In this document: positions 45,237 to 54,329 of the stretch, one piece after another | Layout: the number at the start of each line of letters is the position of its first letter | Numbering within the stretch: position 1 is the first letter of the stretch | Source of the DNA: an archaeon | GTDB taxonomy: Archaea; Thermoproteota; Nitrososphaeria; Nitrososphaerales; Gagatemarchaeaceae | DNA length: 64,000 nucleotides | Assembly: GCA_021823325.1 (NCBI GenBank) | Contig: JAKAOG010000002.1 | Location: 72,651-136,650, forward strand | Direction: 5' to 3' | The notes under the pieces: model-generated | Databases searched by the model: none | The model's input: the letters and a program-made list of their open reading frames with translations, nothing else | What the model was told of the DNA's origin: nothing | Translations under genes and position numbers: made by a program

Positions 45237-46232
45237 TTGCGGCTCTGGAAGAGCCGGGTCGAGAAGATGGTCGACGCCGCGACCGCCCAGTCGGCTACTG
45301 TGTCCTCAAATGAAGCCGAGGTGCCGCTCGGCGAGTCGAGCGGCGCAAGTTTCGTCCTGAAGTTCCTCCGGAAGGACAAGTCGGCGCTGGCAGGGATGGT
45401 CATCATCGGGGCGTTCTTCGTCTTCGCGGCGGTCGAAGGGGTCCTCCAAGTCGTAGGAGGGTACCTGAGGATGCAATACCTGGGATGGGTCCTCCTCCCG
45501 TCCAACCCGTTGGAGGTCAACTTCCATAACTCTCTGATCGCACCGAACTTGGGGAGCCTTGCGGCGCTGCTCGGATTCGACTACGAGGGACGGAGCATAC
45601 TGTCCCAGATCCTCTACGCGGCGCCGAGGGACGCCATGGCGGCGCTCCTGGTGGTAGCCTCGGCGATCATCATCGGGATGCTCGCAGGGATATCGGCCGG
45701 ATACGTCGGAGGGTGGGCGGACGAAGTGCTGATGAGGGTGACCGACGCGTTCCTCGCGTTCCCCGCGATATTCCTGGCCATCGCGCTCGCGATACTCCTC
45801 GGGAACGGATACACCGTGGTGCTCATCGCCCTGGTCGTGGTCTGGTGGCCGCCGTATGCGCGTTTCTTCAGGGCCCAGACTCTGAGGGAGCGCAACAGAG
45901 GGTATGTGGAAGCGTCGAAGCTGAGCGGCATCAGCTCACTTAGGGTGATGTCCAGGCACATCTTCCCCAACACCATAGACCCGATCATCGCGATCGCGTC
46001 GCTCGACCTGGGCAACGTCATCCTGACCTACTCCACGCTCGCCTTCCTCGGCATCGGGCTCCAGATCGGCGTGCCCGAGTGGGGGTCGATGACCTCTGAC
46101 GGATTGTCATACGTACCGGGCGCGTGGTGGTGGGCCCTCTTCCCGGCCTTAGCGATCATGCTCGTGGTCGTCTGCTTCTCGATAGTAGGCGACAGGATTC
46201 AGGACTTGGTTGGTGGGAGGCTATCCTACTAA
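45237..46232 (+). CDS. Opp/Dpp-type ABC permease (OppC-like)
   Basis: ERNRGYVEASKLSGIS EAA loop. 6 TM. Confidence 0.85.
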   Translation: MRLWKSRVEKMVDAATAQSATVSSNEAEVPLGESSGASFVLKFLRKDKSALAGMVIIGAFFVFAAVEGVLQVVGGYLRMQYLGWVLLPSNPLEVNFHNSLIAPNLGSLAALLGFDYEGRSILSQILYAAPRDAMAALLVVASAIIIGMLAGISAGYVGGWADEVLMRVTDAFLAFPAIFLAIALAILLGNGYTVVLIALVVVWWPPYARFFRAQTLRERNRGYVEASKLSGISSLRVMSRHIFPNTIDPIIAIASLDLGNVILTYSTLAFLGIGLQIGVPEWGSMTSDGLSYVPGAWWWALFPALAIMLVVVCFSIVGDRIQDLVGGRLSY

Positions 46233-47199
46233 CTTGCTTCTGGACGTCAAGGGACTGAAGGTCAGCTACAGGACAATATACGGCAGGCTTGAAGCGGTAA
46301 GGAGCCTAGACTTCACCCTGGACAAGGGAGAGAGCGTCGCCATCGTCGGCGAGAGCGGGTGCGGGAAGTCCACGCTCGGGCACTCTATCGTGAGGCTCCT
46401 CCCCCCTAACGCCAGGGCCGAAGGGAGCGTCCTCCTCGACGGAAAAGACATCCTCAAGATGAAGCCGGCCGAGGTCAGGATGATGAGAGGGACCGACGCC
46501 TTCATGATCTTCCAGGACCCGCTGAACAGCCTGAACCCGGTCAAGAGGGTCAGCACCCAGCTCATGGAAGGGCTCGCGCTCAAGCAGAGGAAGGCGGGGA
46601 AGACGTTCGATGAGAAGGCGACGTACAAAGAGATAGTGGACGGGCTCGGGTCGGTGAGGATGCCGGACCCTGAGGTCATCATGGAGAGGTATCCGCATCA
46701 GCTCTCCGGGGGACAGATCCAGAGGGTGGTGATCGCCATGGCGCTGCTGATGAAGCCGAAGCTGCTCATAGCCGACGAGCCGACCTCGGCGCTGGACGTG
46801 ACGATCCAGGCCCAGGTCATCAAGCTAATCAACGAGCTGAAGAAGGAGTACGGGATGTCGGTGCTCTTCATCACCCACGACATGGCCGTCGCATACACCG
46901 TCGCCAACAGGTTCATCGTGATGTACGCAGGGGAGCTTTCAGAGACGGGCCCCGTCGAGAAGGTCGTGGGTTCCCCCCTCCACCCCTACACGGTCGCGCT
47001 TGTCAACAGCATCCCGACGAAGTCCAGGGCCCAGGGAGACCTGATCGCGATCCCCGGGTCTCCTCCGAACATGCTAGCCCCGCCCACCGGGTGCAGGTTC
47101 CATCCGAGGTGTCCGAAAGTCATGGACGTCTGCAGGACGGAGAACCCGGGATACTCGCAGGCCGACGACAGGACGCTGAGGTGCCATCTCTTTGACTGA
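46210..47199 (+). CDS. Opp/Dpp-type ABC ATPase (OppD-like)
   Basis: GESGCGKST, LSGGQIQRV, LLIADEPTS. C-terminal CRFHPRCP oligopeptide-type tail. Confidence 0.9.
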   Translation: MVGGYPTNLLLDVKGLKVSYRTIYGRLEAVRSLDFTLDKGESVAIVGESGCGKSTLGHSIVRLLPPNARAEGSVLLDGKDILKMKPAEVRMMRGTDAFMIFQDPLNSLNPVKRVSTQLMEGLALKQRKAGKTFDEKATYKEIVDGLGSVRMPDPEVIMERYPHQLSGGQIQRVVIAMALLMKPKLLIADEPTSALDVTIQAQVIKLINELKKEYGMSVLFITHDMAVAYTVANRFIVMYAGELSETGPVEKVVGSPLHPYTVALVNSIPTKSRAQGDLIAIPGSPPNMLAPPTGCRFHPRCPKVMDVCRTENPGYSQADDRTLRCHLFD

Positions 47200-48154
47200 G
47201 TCAGTCTTCAAGACCCAGGGGCTGACCAAATGGTTCGAGGCGAGCAAGAAGGGGTTCCTGATGTCCCTCGTCTCCAGGGCCCCGAGGGTGTACGTGAAGG
47301 CTGTGGACGGGGTGGATTTCGACATAGCCGCCGGCGAAGTGCTCGCCCTTGTCGGAGAGAGCGGGAGCGGGAAGACGACCCTCGGCAGAATGCTCTCGAC
47401 CCTAGAGACCCCTACTGATGGAGAAATCTACTTCCTTGGAGAGAAGATGACCAAGAAGCAGTGGAAGAAAGTCAGGCGCCAGGTGCAGATGGTCTTCCAG
47501 AACCCGACCGACAGCCTCGACCCCAGGATGCCGATCAAGGACATAGTCACCGAGCCTCTCGCGAGGTCGCATGCGAGCAAGGAGCAGAAGCAGGCCCAGT
47601 TCGAGACCGCGCTTTCTCTGGTGGGACTGGACGCCGCCACTTTCGCACAGAGGAGGTCGAGGGACCTGTCAGGAGGCCAGAGGCAGCGCGTCGCGGTCGC
47701 CAGGGCGATCGTCTCCAACCCGACTTTCATAGTGCTCGACGAGCCGACCTCGGCGCTGGACGCGTCGGTCCAAGCGCAGGTCCTGAACCTGCTGGCCAAG
47801 ATACACGACGAGCTCAACCTCACCTATCTCTTCATCACGCACAACATCGCCGTCGCGCGCTTCATCTCTGACAAGATAGCTGTCATGTACGCCGGGAAGG
47901 TGGTGGAGACCGGTCCGACTGAGGAGGTCATCTCGCAGCCGAAGCACCCGTACACCCAGGCGCTGTTGAAGTCAGTACCGACGATACAGACGCACGACGT
48001 CGTGCCCCCGGCGGGAGAAGTCCCGAGCCTCGTGAACCTCCCGACAGGATGCAGGTTCCACCCGAGATGTCCCTATGTGATGGACCAGTGCAGGGAGAAG
48101 GAGCCTACGCTGAAGAGGGTGGGCGACATAGATGTGGCGTGCTACCTCTACTAA
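47192..48154 (+). CDS. Opp/Dpp-type ABC ATPase (OppF-like)
   Basis: GESGSGKTT, LSGGQRQRV, FIVLDEPTS, CRFHPRCP. Confidence 0.9.
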   Translation: MTESVFKTQGLTKWFEASKKGFLMSLVSRAPRVYVKAVDGVDFDIAAGEVLALVGESGSGKTTLGRMLSTLETPTDGEIYFLGEKMTKKQWKKVRRQVQMVFQNPTDSLDPRMPIKDIVTEPLARSHASKEQKQAQFETALSLVGLDAATFAQRRSRDLSGGQRQRVAVARAIVSNPTFIVLDEPTSALDASVQAQVLNLLAKIHDELNLTYLFITHNIAVARFISDKIAVMYAGKVVETGPTEEVISQPKHPYTQALLKSVPTIQTHDVVPPAGEVPSLVNLPTGCRFHPRCPYVMDQCREKEPTLKRVGDIDVACYLY

Positions 48155-48617
48155 GCCCGAAGCCCAGGAAGAGAAGCGGCTAAGGTCCAACGTGAGCAAG
48201 TCCCTCATCAAGGGGACTATCGCGATAGGTCTGCTCACTCCGTTCCTCCAGATCAACCCGTCGACCTACCTCAAGTTCGTGATCTTCCTTGGGCTGGCCT
48301 ACGGCGTCATCGGGGTCTATATGCTCTTCAAGGACTCGACGGTGTACGCCCTTGGGGAGAGCGGCATAACGATCAGGAGGCCGCTGAGAAAGGAGGAGTT
48401 CATCGCTTACACGAACATACAGGAGCTCAGCATCGCACAGGGGACGCTCGCGAAGCGCTTCAAGTGCGGAAGCATCTACGTCGCACTGAAGAAGGGGAAG
48501 GGGACCCACACGTCGTCCCTCGGGCAGGGGGTCTTCGTCCTCAAGGACGTGCCCAACCCGGCCGAGGTGTACGCAGAGATCTCCGAGAGCACGTCCCCGT
48601 TCGCGGCTACGGTCTAG
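48132..48617 (+). CDS. Membrane protein with bacterial PH (bPH/YdbS-like) domain
   Basis: Two TM helices, then YALGESGITIRRPLRKEEFIAYTNIQELSI. Confidence 0.5.
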   Translation: MWRATSTKPEAQEEKRLRSNVSKSLIKGTIAIGLLTPFLQINPSTYLKFVIFLGLAYGVIGVYMLFKDSTVYALGESGITIRRPLRKEEFIAYTNIQELSIAQGTLAKRFKCGSIYVALKKGKGTHTSSLGQGVFVLKDVPNPAEVYAEISESTSPFAATV

Positions 48618-48624
48618 ACGCCCG

Positions 48625-49188
48625 TCAGACCATTTCCAGGTGCGCTTCGTGGGCGTCTATGTTGTCCAGGAAGTCACCGAGGGCGAACACCGGGACTATG
48701 GCTCCGCCGTCCACGAACCTGGCGCCCTGGTCGACCAAGGTCAGTATCACAGAGGCTATCGGACCTATGGCGTCCAGCGTGTCGTGCAGCCGCCTCGCCC
48801 TCGCCTTCTGGGCCTCCACTACCCTTGCGAGAGAGGAGTACCCCGATGACCTTGCCCAGTGCTTGCAGTCCACAGCCACCGATATCCGGCTGGAGACGCC
48901 GAGGACGTCGATCTGGGCCCTGGGCTTCTTGAGGTAAATGTTCTCCCGGACCGCGTACCCTTTGGCCCTGAGGATGTTCGAACAGAAGCTCTCGAAGTCC
49001 TTCCAGGAGAGGCTCTTCGACACCGTCTCCGGGCTCACCCCCATCCTGCAGAGCGCAAGCGCGGCGAGGGCCTCCTCGGAGGCGGAGCCCACGGAGCCGA
49101 AAAGTTCGGCGACCTCCATCATGGCCTGGTCGGCGCGCTCTGCCGACCCGGACTTCCTTGCTAGGAGAAGAAGAAGTGGACCCGGCAC
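48625..49188 (-). CDS. Mrr-cat / restriction endonuclease-fold protein
   Basis: WKDFESFCSNILRAKGY...QIDVLG...VAVDCKHW (D...D-x-K). Confidence 0.5.
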   Translation of the reverse strand: MPGPLLLLLARKSGSAERADQAMMEVAELFGSVGSASEEALAALALCRMGVSPETVSKSLSWKDFESFCSNILRAKGYAVRENIYLKKPRAQIDVLGVSSRISVAVDCKHWARSSGYSSLARVVEAQKARARRLHDTLDAIGPIASVILTLVDQGARFVDGGAIVPVFALGDFLDNIDAHEAHLEMV

Positions 49189-49279
49189 GGGTGGGGCGAG
49201 CGGGCCTTTCGCATATGAATCTAGTCCAAGAAATCGGGGCGAAACGACGGGGGGTGAGCGAGTGTATTTCCGAGGCCGT

Positions 49280-49627
49280 CTATTGCGGCGTGGCTGGGGG
49301 AGCGGGCTTGCGGTTATGTGCGAGCACCGTGTAGAGGTACCAGCAGTTCAGAACGATGAGCACGGCGCCGAGGACCTGAATCCAGTCGAGGGTGGGCGGG
49401 CTGGACAGCGATACGCCTGAGCCTGTCATCGTGAACACCTGGGTGAACAAGGAGTACGAGAAGGACGGGATGTAACCGGAAGTGTGGCCGTGGACCGTCT
49501 CCGCATAGGCTACCCTCCCCTGCAGATCGGACTCGACGAAGAACAGCAGGGCGAGGAGGAGCGCGTCTGCGATGAGGACCTGGTACGCCTTCACAGTCCA
49601 CACCGGCCCCCGGGGCGATAAAAACAA
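49280..49627 (-). CDS. Hypothetical small membrane protein
   Basis: Two or three hydrophobic helices. No motif recognised. Confidence 0.35.
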   Translation of the reverse strand: MFLSPRGPVWTVKAYQVLIADALLLALLFFVESDLQGRVAYAETVHGHTSGYIPSFSYSLFTQVFTMTGSGVSLSSPPTLDWIQVLGAVLIVLNCWYLYTVLAHNRKPAPPATPQ

Positions 49628-49675
49628 ATCACCTGTTCAAACATTTAACCGGCTCGTCCCTCGACCGGACTCGGT

Positions 49676-50197
49676 TTGAAGGTAGCCTCCAAGGGGACCG
49701 TGGTGTATGTCGCCGCGTTCACGATACTCATCCTCTGGGCTTTCTTCGTCCAGGCCGACACAAGGAGGGTGGACGGCCACAGCATGCTCCCCACGCTGGA
49801 GGGGGGAGACCTCGTGGTGATCCAAGCGGTCCCCATCAGCCAGGTGCAGGTGGGGAACATCATCGTCTACAACGGCCTGTGCTCGTCGGGAGGCGAGTCG
49901 GTGGTGCACCGGGTCGTCGCGATCACTAGCCAGGGTTTGATCACGGAGGGAGACAACAACCCCAGCACGGACCAGGCGAGCGGCATCGCCATGAGCCCGA
50001 TCACCCAGCAGTGCCTGGAGGGGAAGGTCGTGTTCGTGATACCGTATGTCGAGCTGCTGGCGTACAATGTGGACCTGTACGGGCTCCCGCAGTGGTTCAA
50101 CTACCTGCCATCGATCATCATACTTCTCATCGTGGTCGCGTCGCTGGCCCTACAGAAGGAGGAGCCACGGGAGCAGGGCGCAGCGCTCCCCTCCTAA
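49676..50197 (+). CDS. Archaeal/ER-type signal peptidase I (S26B)
   Basis: VDGHSMLPTLEGGDLVV (SM-x-PT), HRVV, TEGDNN. Confidence 0.75.
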   Translation: MKVASKGTVVYVAAFTILILWAFFVQADTRRVDGHSMLPTLEGGDLVVIQAVPISQVQVGNIIVYNGLCSSGGESVVHRVVAITSQGLITEGDNNPSTDQASGIAMSPITQQCLEGKVVFVIPYVELLAYNVDLYGLPQWFNYLPSIIILLIVVASLALQKEEPREQGAALPS

Positions 50198-50243
50198 GCA
50201 CGAGCGTCCTCTTCGCGCTCTTTGCTCCTTGGGGCTCCTCCGC

Positions 50244-50262
50244 TTATATACCCTTTATATAC
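50244..50262 (+). promoter_or_regulatory. Duplicated TATA box upstream of the TBP gene
   Basis: TTATATAC occurs at 50244-50251 and again at 50255-50262. The second is centred about 26 nt before GTG 50284. Confidence 0.5.
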
Positions 50263-50283
50263 TCAGAAAAAACGAGACCGCTC

Positions 50284-50841
50284 GTGCCTCAGACAAAGGC
50301 AATCGTAAGCATCGAGAACGTAGTCGCTTCCGCGTCCATCAACCAGACAGTAGACCTCAACCTGATCACCAAGAACTTCGTCACGGTGGAGTACCATCCA
50401 GACCAGTTCCCGGGCCTCGTTTTCAGGCTAAGGAACCCCAAGACAGCCACCCTCATCTTCAGCTCAGGCAAGATGGTCTGCACGGGCGCCAAGTCGGAGG
50501 AGCAGGCAAGGAAGGCGGTCGAAGAGGTGGTGAGGCAGCTCAAGAAGGGGAAGATACCCATCAAGAACGACGCCGTCGTGGAGATACAGAACATCGTCGC
50601 GTCGGCGAGCCTCGGAGGCAAAGTCCACCTCGAAGAGGCGGCAAGGGTCCTTCCAAAGTCGATGTACGAGCCAGAGCAGTTCCCGGGCCTCATCCACAGG
50701 ATGGCCGACCCTAAGACTGTCATCCTCCTGTTCGCGTCGGGGAAGCTCGTCTGCACCGGGGCGAAGAAGGAAAGCGAAGTCTACAGAGCGGTCAACAACC
50801 TGCACGTGACCCTCGAAGAGAAGAACCTGATGGTATACTAG
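50284..50841 (+). CDS. tbp: TATA-box binding protein
   Basis: Two TBP repeats (IENVVASA...PGLVFRL...SGKMVCTGAK and IQNIVASA...PGLIHRM...SGKLVCTGAK). GTG 50284 is preferred over the track start 50011. Confidence 0.95.
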   Translation: MPQTKAIVSIENVVASASINQTVDLNLITKNFVTVEYHPDQFPGLVFRLRNPKTATLIFSSGKMVCTGAKSEEQARKAVEEVVRQLKKGKIPIKNDAVVEIQNIVASASLGGKVHLEEAARVLPKSMYEPEQFPGLIHRMADPKTVILLFASGKLVCTGAKKESEVYRAVNNLHVTLEEKNLMVY

Positions 50842-50867
50842 GTTCTTCCCTCCCCTGATTTTAGCCG

Positions 50868-51290
50868 CTAGAGCAGTTTCTCCATCGTCAGCATGTCGTA
50901 GTATCTCCGTCCGACCTTGATCTCCTTCTTCGCCCTGCCCACGGTCCTGAACCCCGCGCTCCGGTACAGCGCCACCGCGGCGCGCATTTGGGGGACGACC
51001 CCCAGCTGGACCTTCACTATGCCGCCGTGTTCCCTTGCTTCTGACAGCGCGGCTTTCAGCAGCGCCCTGCCTGCCCCGGCCCGCCTGTGCCTGGGGGTCA
51101 CATAGACCCCGAAGATGTGGGCGGCGTGCCTCCGCTTGACCCTGTCGTTGAACACGATGCTCAGCATCCCGATGGGGGTCCCTTCGGCGAAGGCGAAGAA
51201 GACGTCATCCATCCTTTCCTTCCACTTCTCTTCGGTGAAGCCAGCCTCCTCTTCAAAGGAGCTCCCGAAAGCCGCCGGATCGGTCTTCAA
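50868..51290 (-). CDS. GNAT family N-acetyltransferase
   Basis: VYVTPRHRRAGAGRALLKAAL (R-x-x-G-x-G/A) and ALYRSAGF. Confidence 0.75.
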   Translation of the reverse strand: MKTDPAAFGSSFEEEAGFTEEKWKERMDDVFFAFAEGTPIGMLSIVFNDRVKRRHAAHIFGVYVTPRHRRAGAGRALLKAALSEAREHGGIVKVQLGVVPQMRAAVALYRSAGFRTVGRAKKEIKVGRRYYDMLTMEKLL

Positions 51291-51385
51291 GGCCTCCAGC
51301 CTCAGGTCGCGGTACGCAGCCCATCTGTCCTGAGGCAGCCTTGCGACATGGGTCAGCCGGGTCCACCCCGATGGGCGCGACGGCC

Positions 51386-52036
51386 CTACGGGCGGCGGCC
51401 CACAGACTTCGTTATGGACTTCAGGTTGTCTTTGGTGATGAGCTCTGTCGAGTAAAGGGTGTCGGCGAGCTCCACCATGTCAGTGACGGCGTGCAGGGCG
51501 ATCCCCCTCTTGCTGAGCTTTTCCCTCGCCCCTTCGAGCCTGTCGATGAGGACCACCGCCGAGCTCACCTTTCCGCCCTCGTCTTCCACAGCGTCTGCTG
51601 CGGCGAGGATGGTCTTCCCCGACGTGGCGAGATCTCCGACGACGACCACGTTCCAGCCGGGCCTCAGCTCTCCCTCGACGAGCCGCTCGTTTTCGGCCTT
51701 GTCCATCCTGGTGTACACGAGGGGCTTCTTGAGCGCGACCGCGACCGGCGACGCGAGGAGGAGACCTGCGACGGGGACGGCGCAGATCGCGTTCGTCTTC
51801 TGGGTCTTCTTGGAGACTATCTCGGCGATCGAGTCCACGGCGAGTCCGTACACTCCAGGGTAGCTTGGGAGCCCTCTCAGATTCACGTAGTAGGAACTGT
51901 CCCTTCCGTCTGGGAGGGAGAACGCCCCGAACTGCAGCGCTCCGACCTTCACCAGTCCTTCGGCGAGCTCGCTGATACGACCGCTACGTCTCTTCCAGGC
52001 CATGCCATAGCGGCAAGTCTTGCGCTTAAAAAGCAA
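51386..52036 (-). CDS. pyrE: Orotate phosphoribosyltransferase (or close PyrE-like paralog)
   Basis: GALQFGAFSLPDGRDSSYYVNLR and PRPP motif VVVVGDLATSGKT. The start could be ATG 52003. Confidence 0.75.
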   Translation of the reverse strand: MLFKRKTCRYGMAWKRRSGRISELAEGLVKVGALQFGAFSLPDGRDSSYYVNLRGLPSYPGVYGLAVDSIAEIVSKKTQKTNAICAVPVAGLLLASPVAVALKKPLVYTRMDKAENERLVEGELRPGWNVVVVGDLATSGKTILAAADAVEDEGGKVSSAVVLIDRLEGAREKLSKRGIALHAVTDMVELADTLYSTELITKDNLKSITKSVGRRP

Positions 52037-52055
52037 CTCTGAGGGAAGTGAAGGT

Positions 52056-53138
52056 ATGCCTGAGCTGTGGATCCCTTACGGGAGCGTGGAGACGCTCATC
52101 ACGATCCAGGCGGAGAACCTGGGAGCCGTCTCCGACGCCGCGCCGGAAGCGGGCGCCATGGACTCAGAGAGGGTCGCCGAGCTGGCAAAGGGCGCGTCGA
52201 AGATGTTCATCTGCGACGGAACTCCGGCGACAGTAGAAGTGCTGAAGGGACTCACCCCGACGCTCGGCGAGCTGCAGGGAAAGGCGTTCTTCTCCGCCGC
52301 GCCGAAGCGCGTCGAGTCTGCGGTCCCCGAGCTGAAGGGGCGGATTTCGACGTTGCCGCCGCCGCTCCGCCAAGGAGACGGAGGGGAGCCGATGTTCTCG
52401 CCCGAGCTTTCCGCCCCAGGGTCGAAGCTGTTCCTAGGGTCAGCCAGACCCGACCCGCTCTTCGGTCTCGTCGACGCGAGAGTGGAAGCGTGCCTGAACT
52501 GGGTGTCCAGGGGGAAGAGCGGGGCAAAGAAGGAGATGGAGCCGAGCCCGCTCCGGAAGACCGAAGCTTACGAATCCATGGAGTCGTTTGCTGCAAGGAT
52601 ACCTGACTCGAAGTTTCTGACGGTCGTCGCAAGGGGAGGCAGGGCCAGGGTCACCCTCGAGGACGCGCCCTTCGACGCGGTCAAGAACGCGTTCGCCAAG
52701 GTGCCGATGGCTCCGGCCAGGGGGATCGTGATAGGGAGCGGGGGGAGAGGGTACGACGACACGCTCTCCGCGGCGATAAGGGGGGTCTGGAACGTCATCG
52801 AAGGAGTGAGGAAGGCAGGCTCGATCCTGCTGGTCGCAGAGTGCACAGAGGGGATGGGCTCGACCGCCCTTGAGATGCTCGTGACAGGGAGGCTGGAGGA
52901 GGTAAGGAGGCGCTCGGTCGAAGGGCTGGAGGACGTGTTCTACCTGAACAAGCTGAAAGAGGAGTACGACATGCTGCTGCTTTCCGGGCTCCCCGAGACG
53001 TATGCGAGCTCGAAGCTCGGGTTCGCGACGGCGAAGGGGTCGGGCGAGGCGGTAGGAAGGATACTGAACAAGGTCGGCAGATCAGGAAAGGTGAACGTGA
53101 TCCCAAGGGCCGCCGAGTGCGTCGTGGAATCAGGGTAG
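52056..53138 (+). CDS. DUF2088 / LarA N-terminal-like domain protein (divergent)
   Basis: Start LWIPYGSVETLITIQAENL resembles LarA-like N-termini. I did not see the expected His-rich catalytic motifs. Confidence 0.4.
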   Translation: MPELWIPYGSVETLITIQAENLGAVSDAAPEAGAMDSERVAELAKGASKMFICDGTPATVEVLKGLTPTLGELQGKAFFSAAPKRVESAVPELKGRISTLPPPLRQGDGGEPMFSPELSAPGSKLFLGSARPDPLFGLVDARVEACLNWVSRGKSGAKKEMEPSPLRKTEAYESMESFAARIPDSKFLTVVARGGRARVTLEDAPFDAVKNAFAKVPMAPARGIVIGSGGRGYDDTLSAAIRGVWNVIEGVRKAGSILLVAECTEGMGSTALEMLVTGRLEEVRRRSVEGLEDVFYLNKLKEEYDMLLLSGLPETYASSKLGFATAKGSGEAVGRILNKVGRSGKVNVIPRAAECVVESG

Positions 53139-54293
53139 CGGCAGCGTCGCCAGGTTCTGCGGGATCGGGAGGCAGAGGAAGGCGAGCACGATCGCCCCGA
53201 CGAGGACCCATCTCCTCGACTTCGAGAGGGGAGACACGTCGTCCTGCAGCTTCAGCTGATTGGGGCGCCCCACCAGGATCAGCGCGACTATCGCGATGGG
53301 CCAGTACGTCCATGTGTCTAGCACGAGCAGGACCAGGATCGAGAGGTAGCTCGCCACCTTGGCAGTCCTCTGCCCCCACGCGGCTGACGCCAGAAGCCCA
53401 CCGTCGTAGGAGGCCATCGGAAGGAGCGTGATGAACACGAGGATGAACCCGATCACCGAGCCGTCTTCGATGGGCGACACGGAGACGTAGCCGTTCGCGA
53501 CCGAGTGGGTGAACGGGCCCAGCAGCGTACCGAACGCCATCTGGATCGCGTTGGGGTTGATTGTGACCGTCGTGCCGTTGAGACCCGAGCTGGCGAATGT
53601 GACAGCTGACTGGACCGCCGTGACGTCCCCGACCGCAAAAAGCACCAGCGCGAGAGCGAGCACGGCGATGGGGCCAGCGATGATGGTGTCGAACAGGCTG
53701 TCCCTGTTCAGGGCTGGTTCGCGCTGAGAAGCGACGAACCCCATGGAGGGGAGATAGGGCGGGATGAATGGGAGGCCAGGGATCACGTAGCTGCTGGCTC
53801 GCCCGGCGTCCCGTGACCTGGCCATCAGCCGCTGTCCAAGCTCGTGGGCGCCGAGGATCGCCCCCACGGTCACGGCGAAGCCGAAGAAAGTGACGTACGG
53901 GGGCCACGATGGGACCAGCGCCTGGTAGATCTGCTGCTGCAGGAGCGCCGAGACCACGACCGCCGCCGCTGTGAACAGCGCCACGAGCACCGGGAGCCTC
54001 GAGAGCTTTCCCTTCGCTGCCTCGGCCTTCCTCAGCGTCAGCACGCATTCTTCAGGCGAGCCCGTCAGCTCGGGCCTGTAGCCAAGCGGGGAAAGCGCCT
54101 TCTTCAGGGCGATGAAGTCCTGTTTTGCGGCGGGGCCGTATCCCACCTGGAACTCAAGCTCGCCGCCGGGGAGAACGAAAGACTGTTTGACGCTGAAGTG
54201 CCGCCCCACGACAAGTTCGACCTCGGAAGGCTGACCTGACAAACGGGGCCGGGCCGGACGGTTCGAGTAATAAGCTGTCGGCCCGGCGAGCAA
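53130..54293 (-). CDS. M50 (site-2 protease) family membrane protein with HELGQ in place of HExxH
   Basis: GAHELGQRL, YVIPGLPFIPP...LFDTIIAGPIAV, LPMASYDGG. Confidence 0.7.
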   Translation of the reverse strand: MLAGPTAYYSNRPARPRLSGQPSEVELVVGRHFSVKQSFVLPGGELEFQVGYGPAAKQDFIALKKALSPLGYRPELTGSPEECVLTLRKAEAAKGKLSRLPVLVALFTAAAVVVSALLQQQIYQALVPSWPPYVTFFGFAVTVGAILGAHELGQRLMARSRDAGRASSYVIPGLPFIPPYLPSMGFVASQREPALNRDSLFDTIIAGPIAVLALALVLFAVGDVTAVQSAVTFASSGLNGTTVTINPNAIQMAFGTLLGPFTHSVANGYVSVSPIEDGSVIGFILVFITLLPMASYDGGLLASAAWGQRTAKVASYLSILVLLVLDTWTYWPIAIVALILVGRPNQLKLQDDVSPLSKSRRWVLVGAIVLAFLCLPIPQNLATLPLP

Positions 54294-54329
54294 CGTTTAA
54301 CCCATGCAATAGGCGCGAGCGGGTGGACC

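Noticed and set aside
50011-50283. A 91-aa N-terminal extension of TBP in the ORF track.
   Set aside because: The extension is Arg/Gly/Ala-rich junk overlapping the signal peptidase gene. The TBP repeats begin right after GTG 50284, which has TATA boxes at the expected distance.
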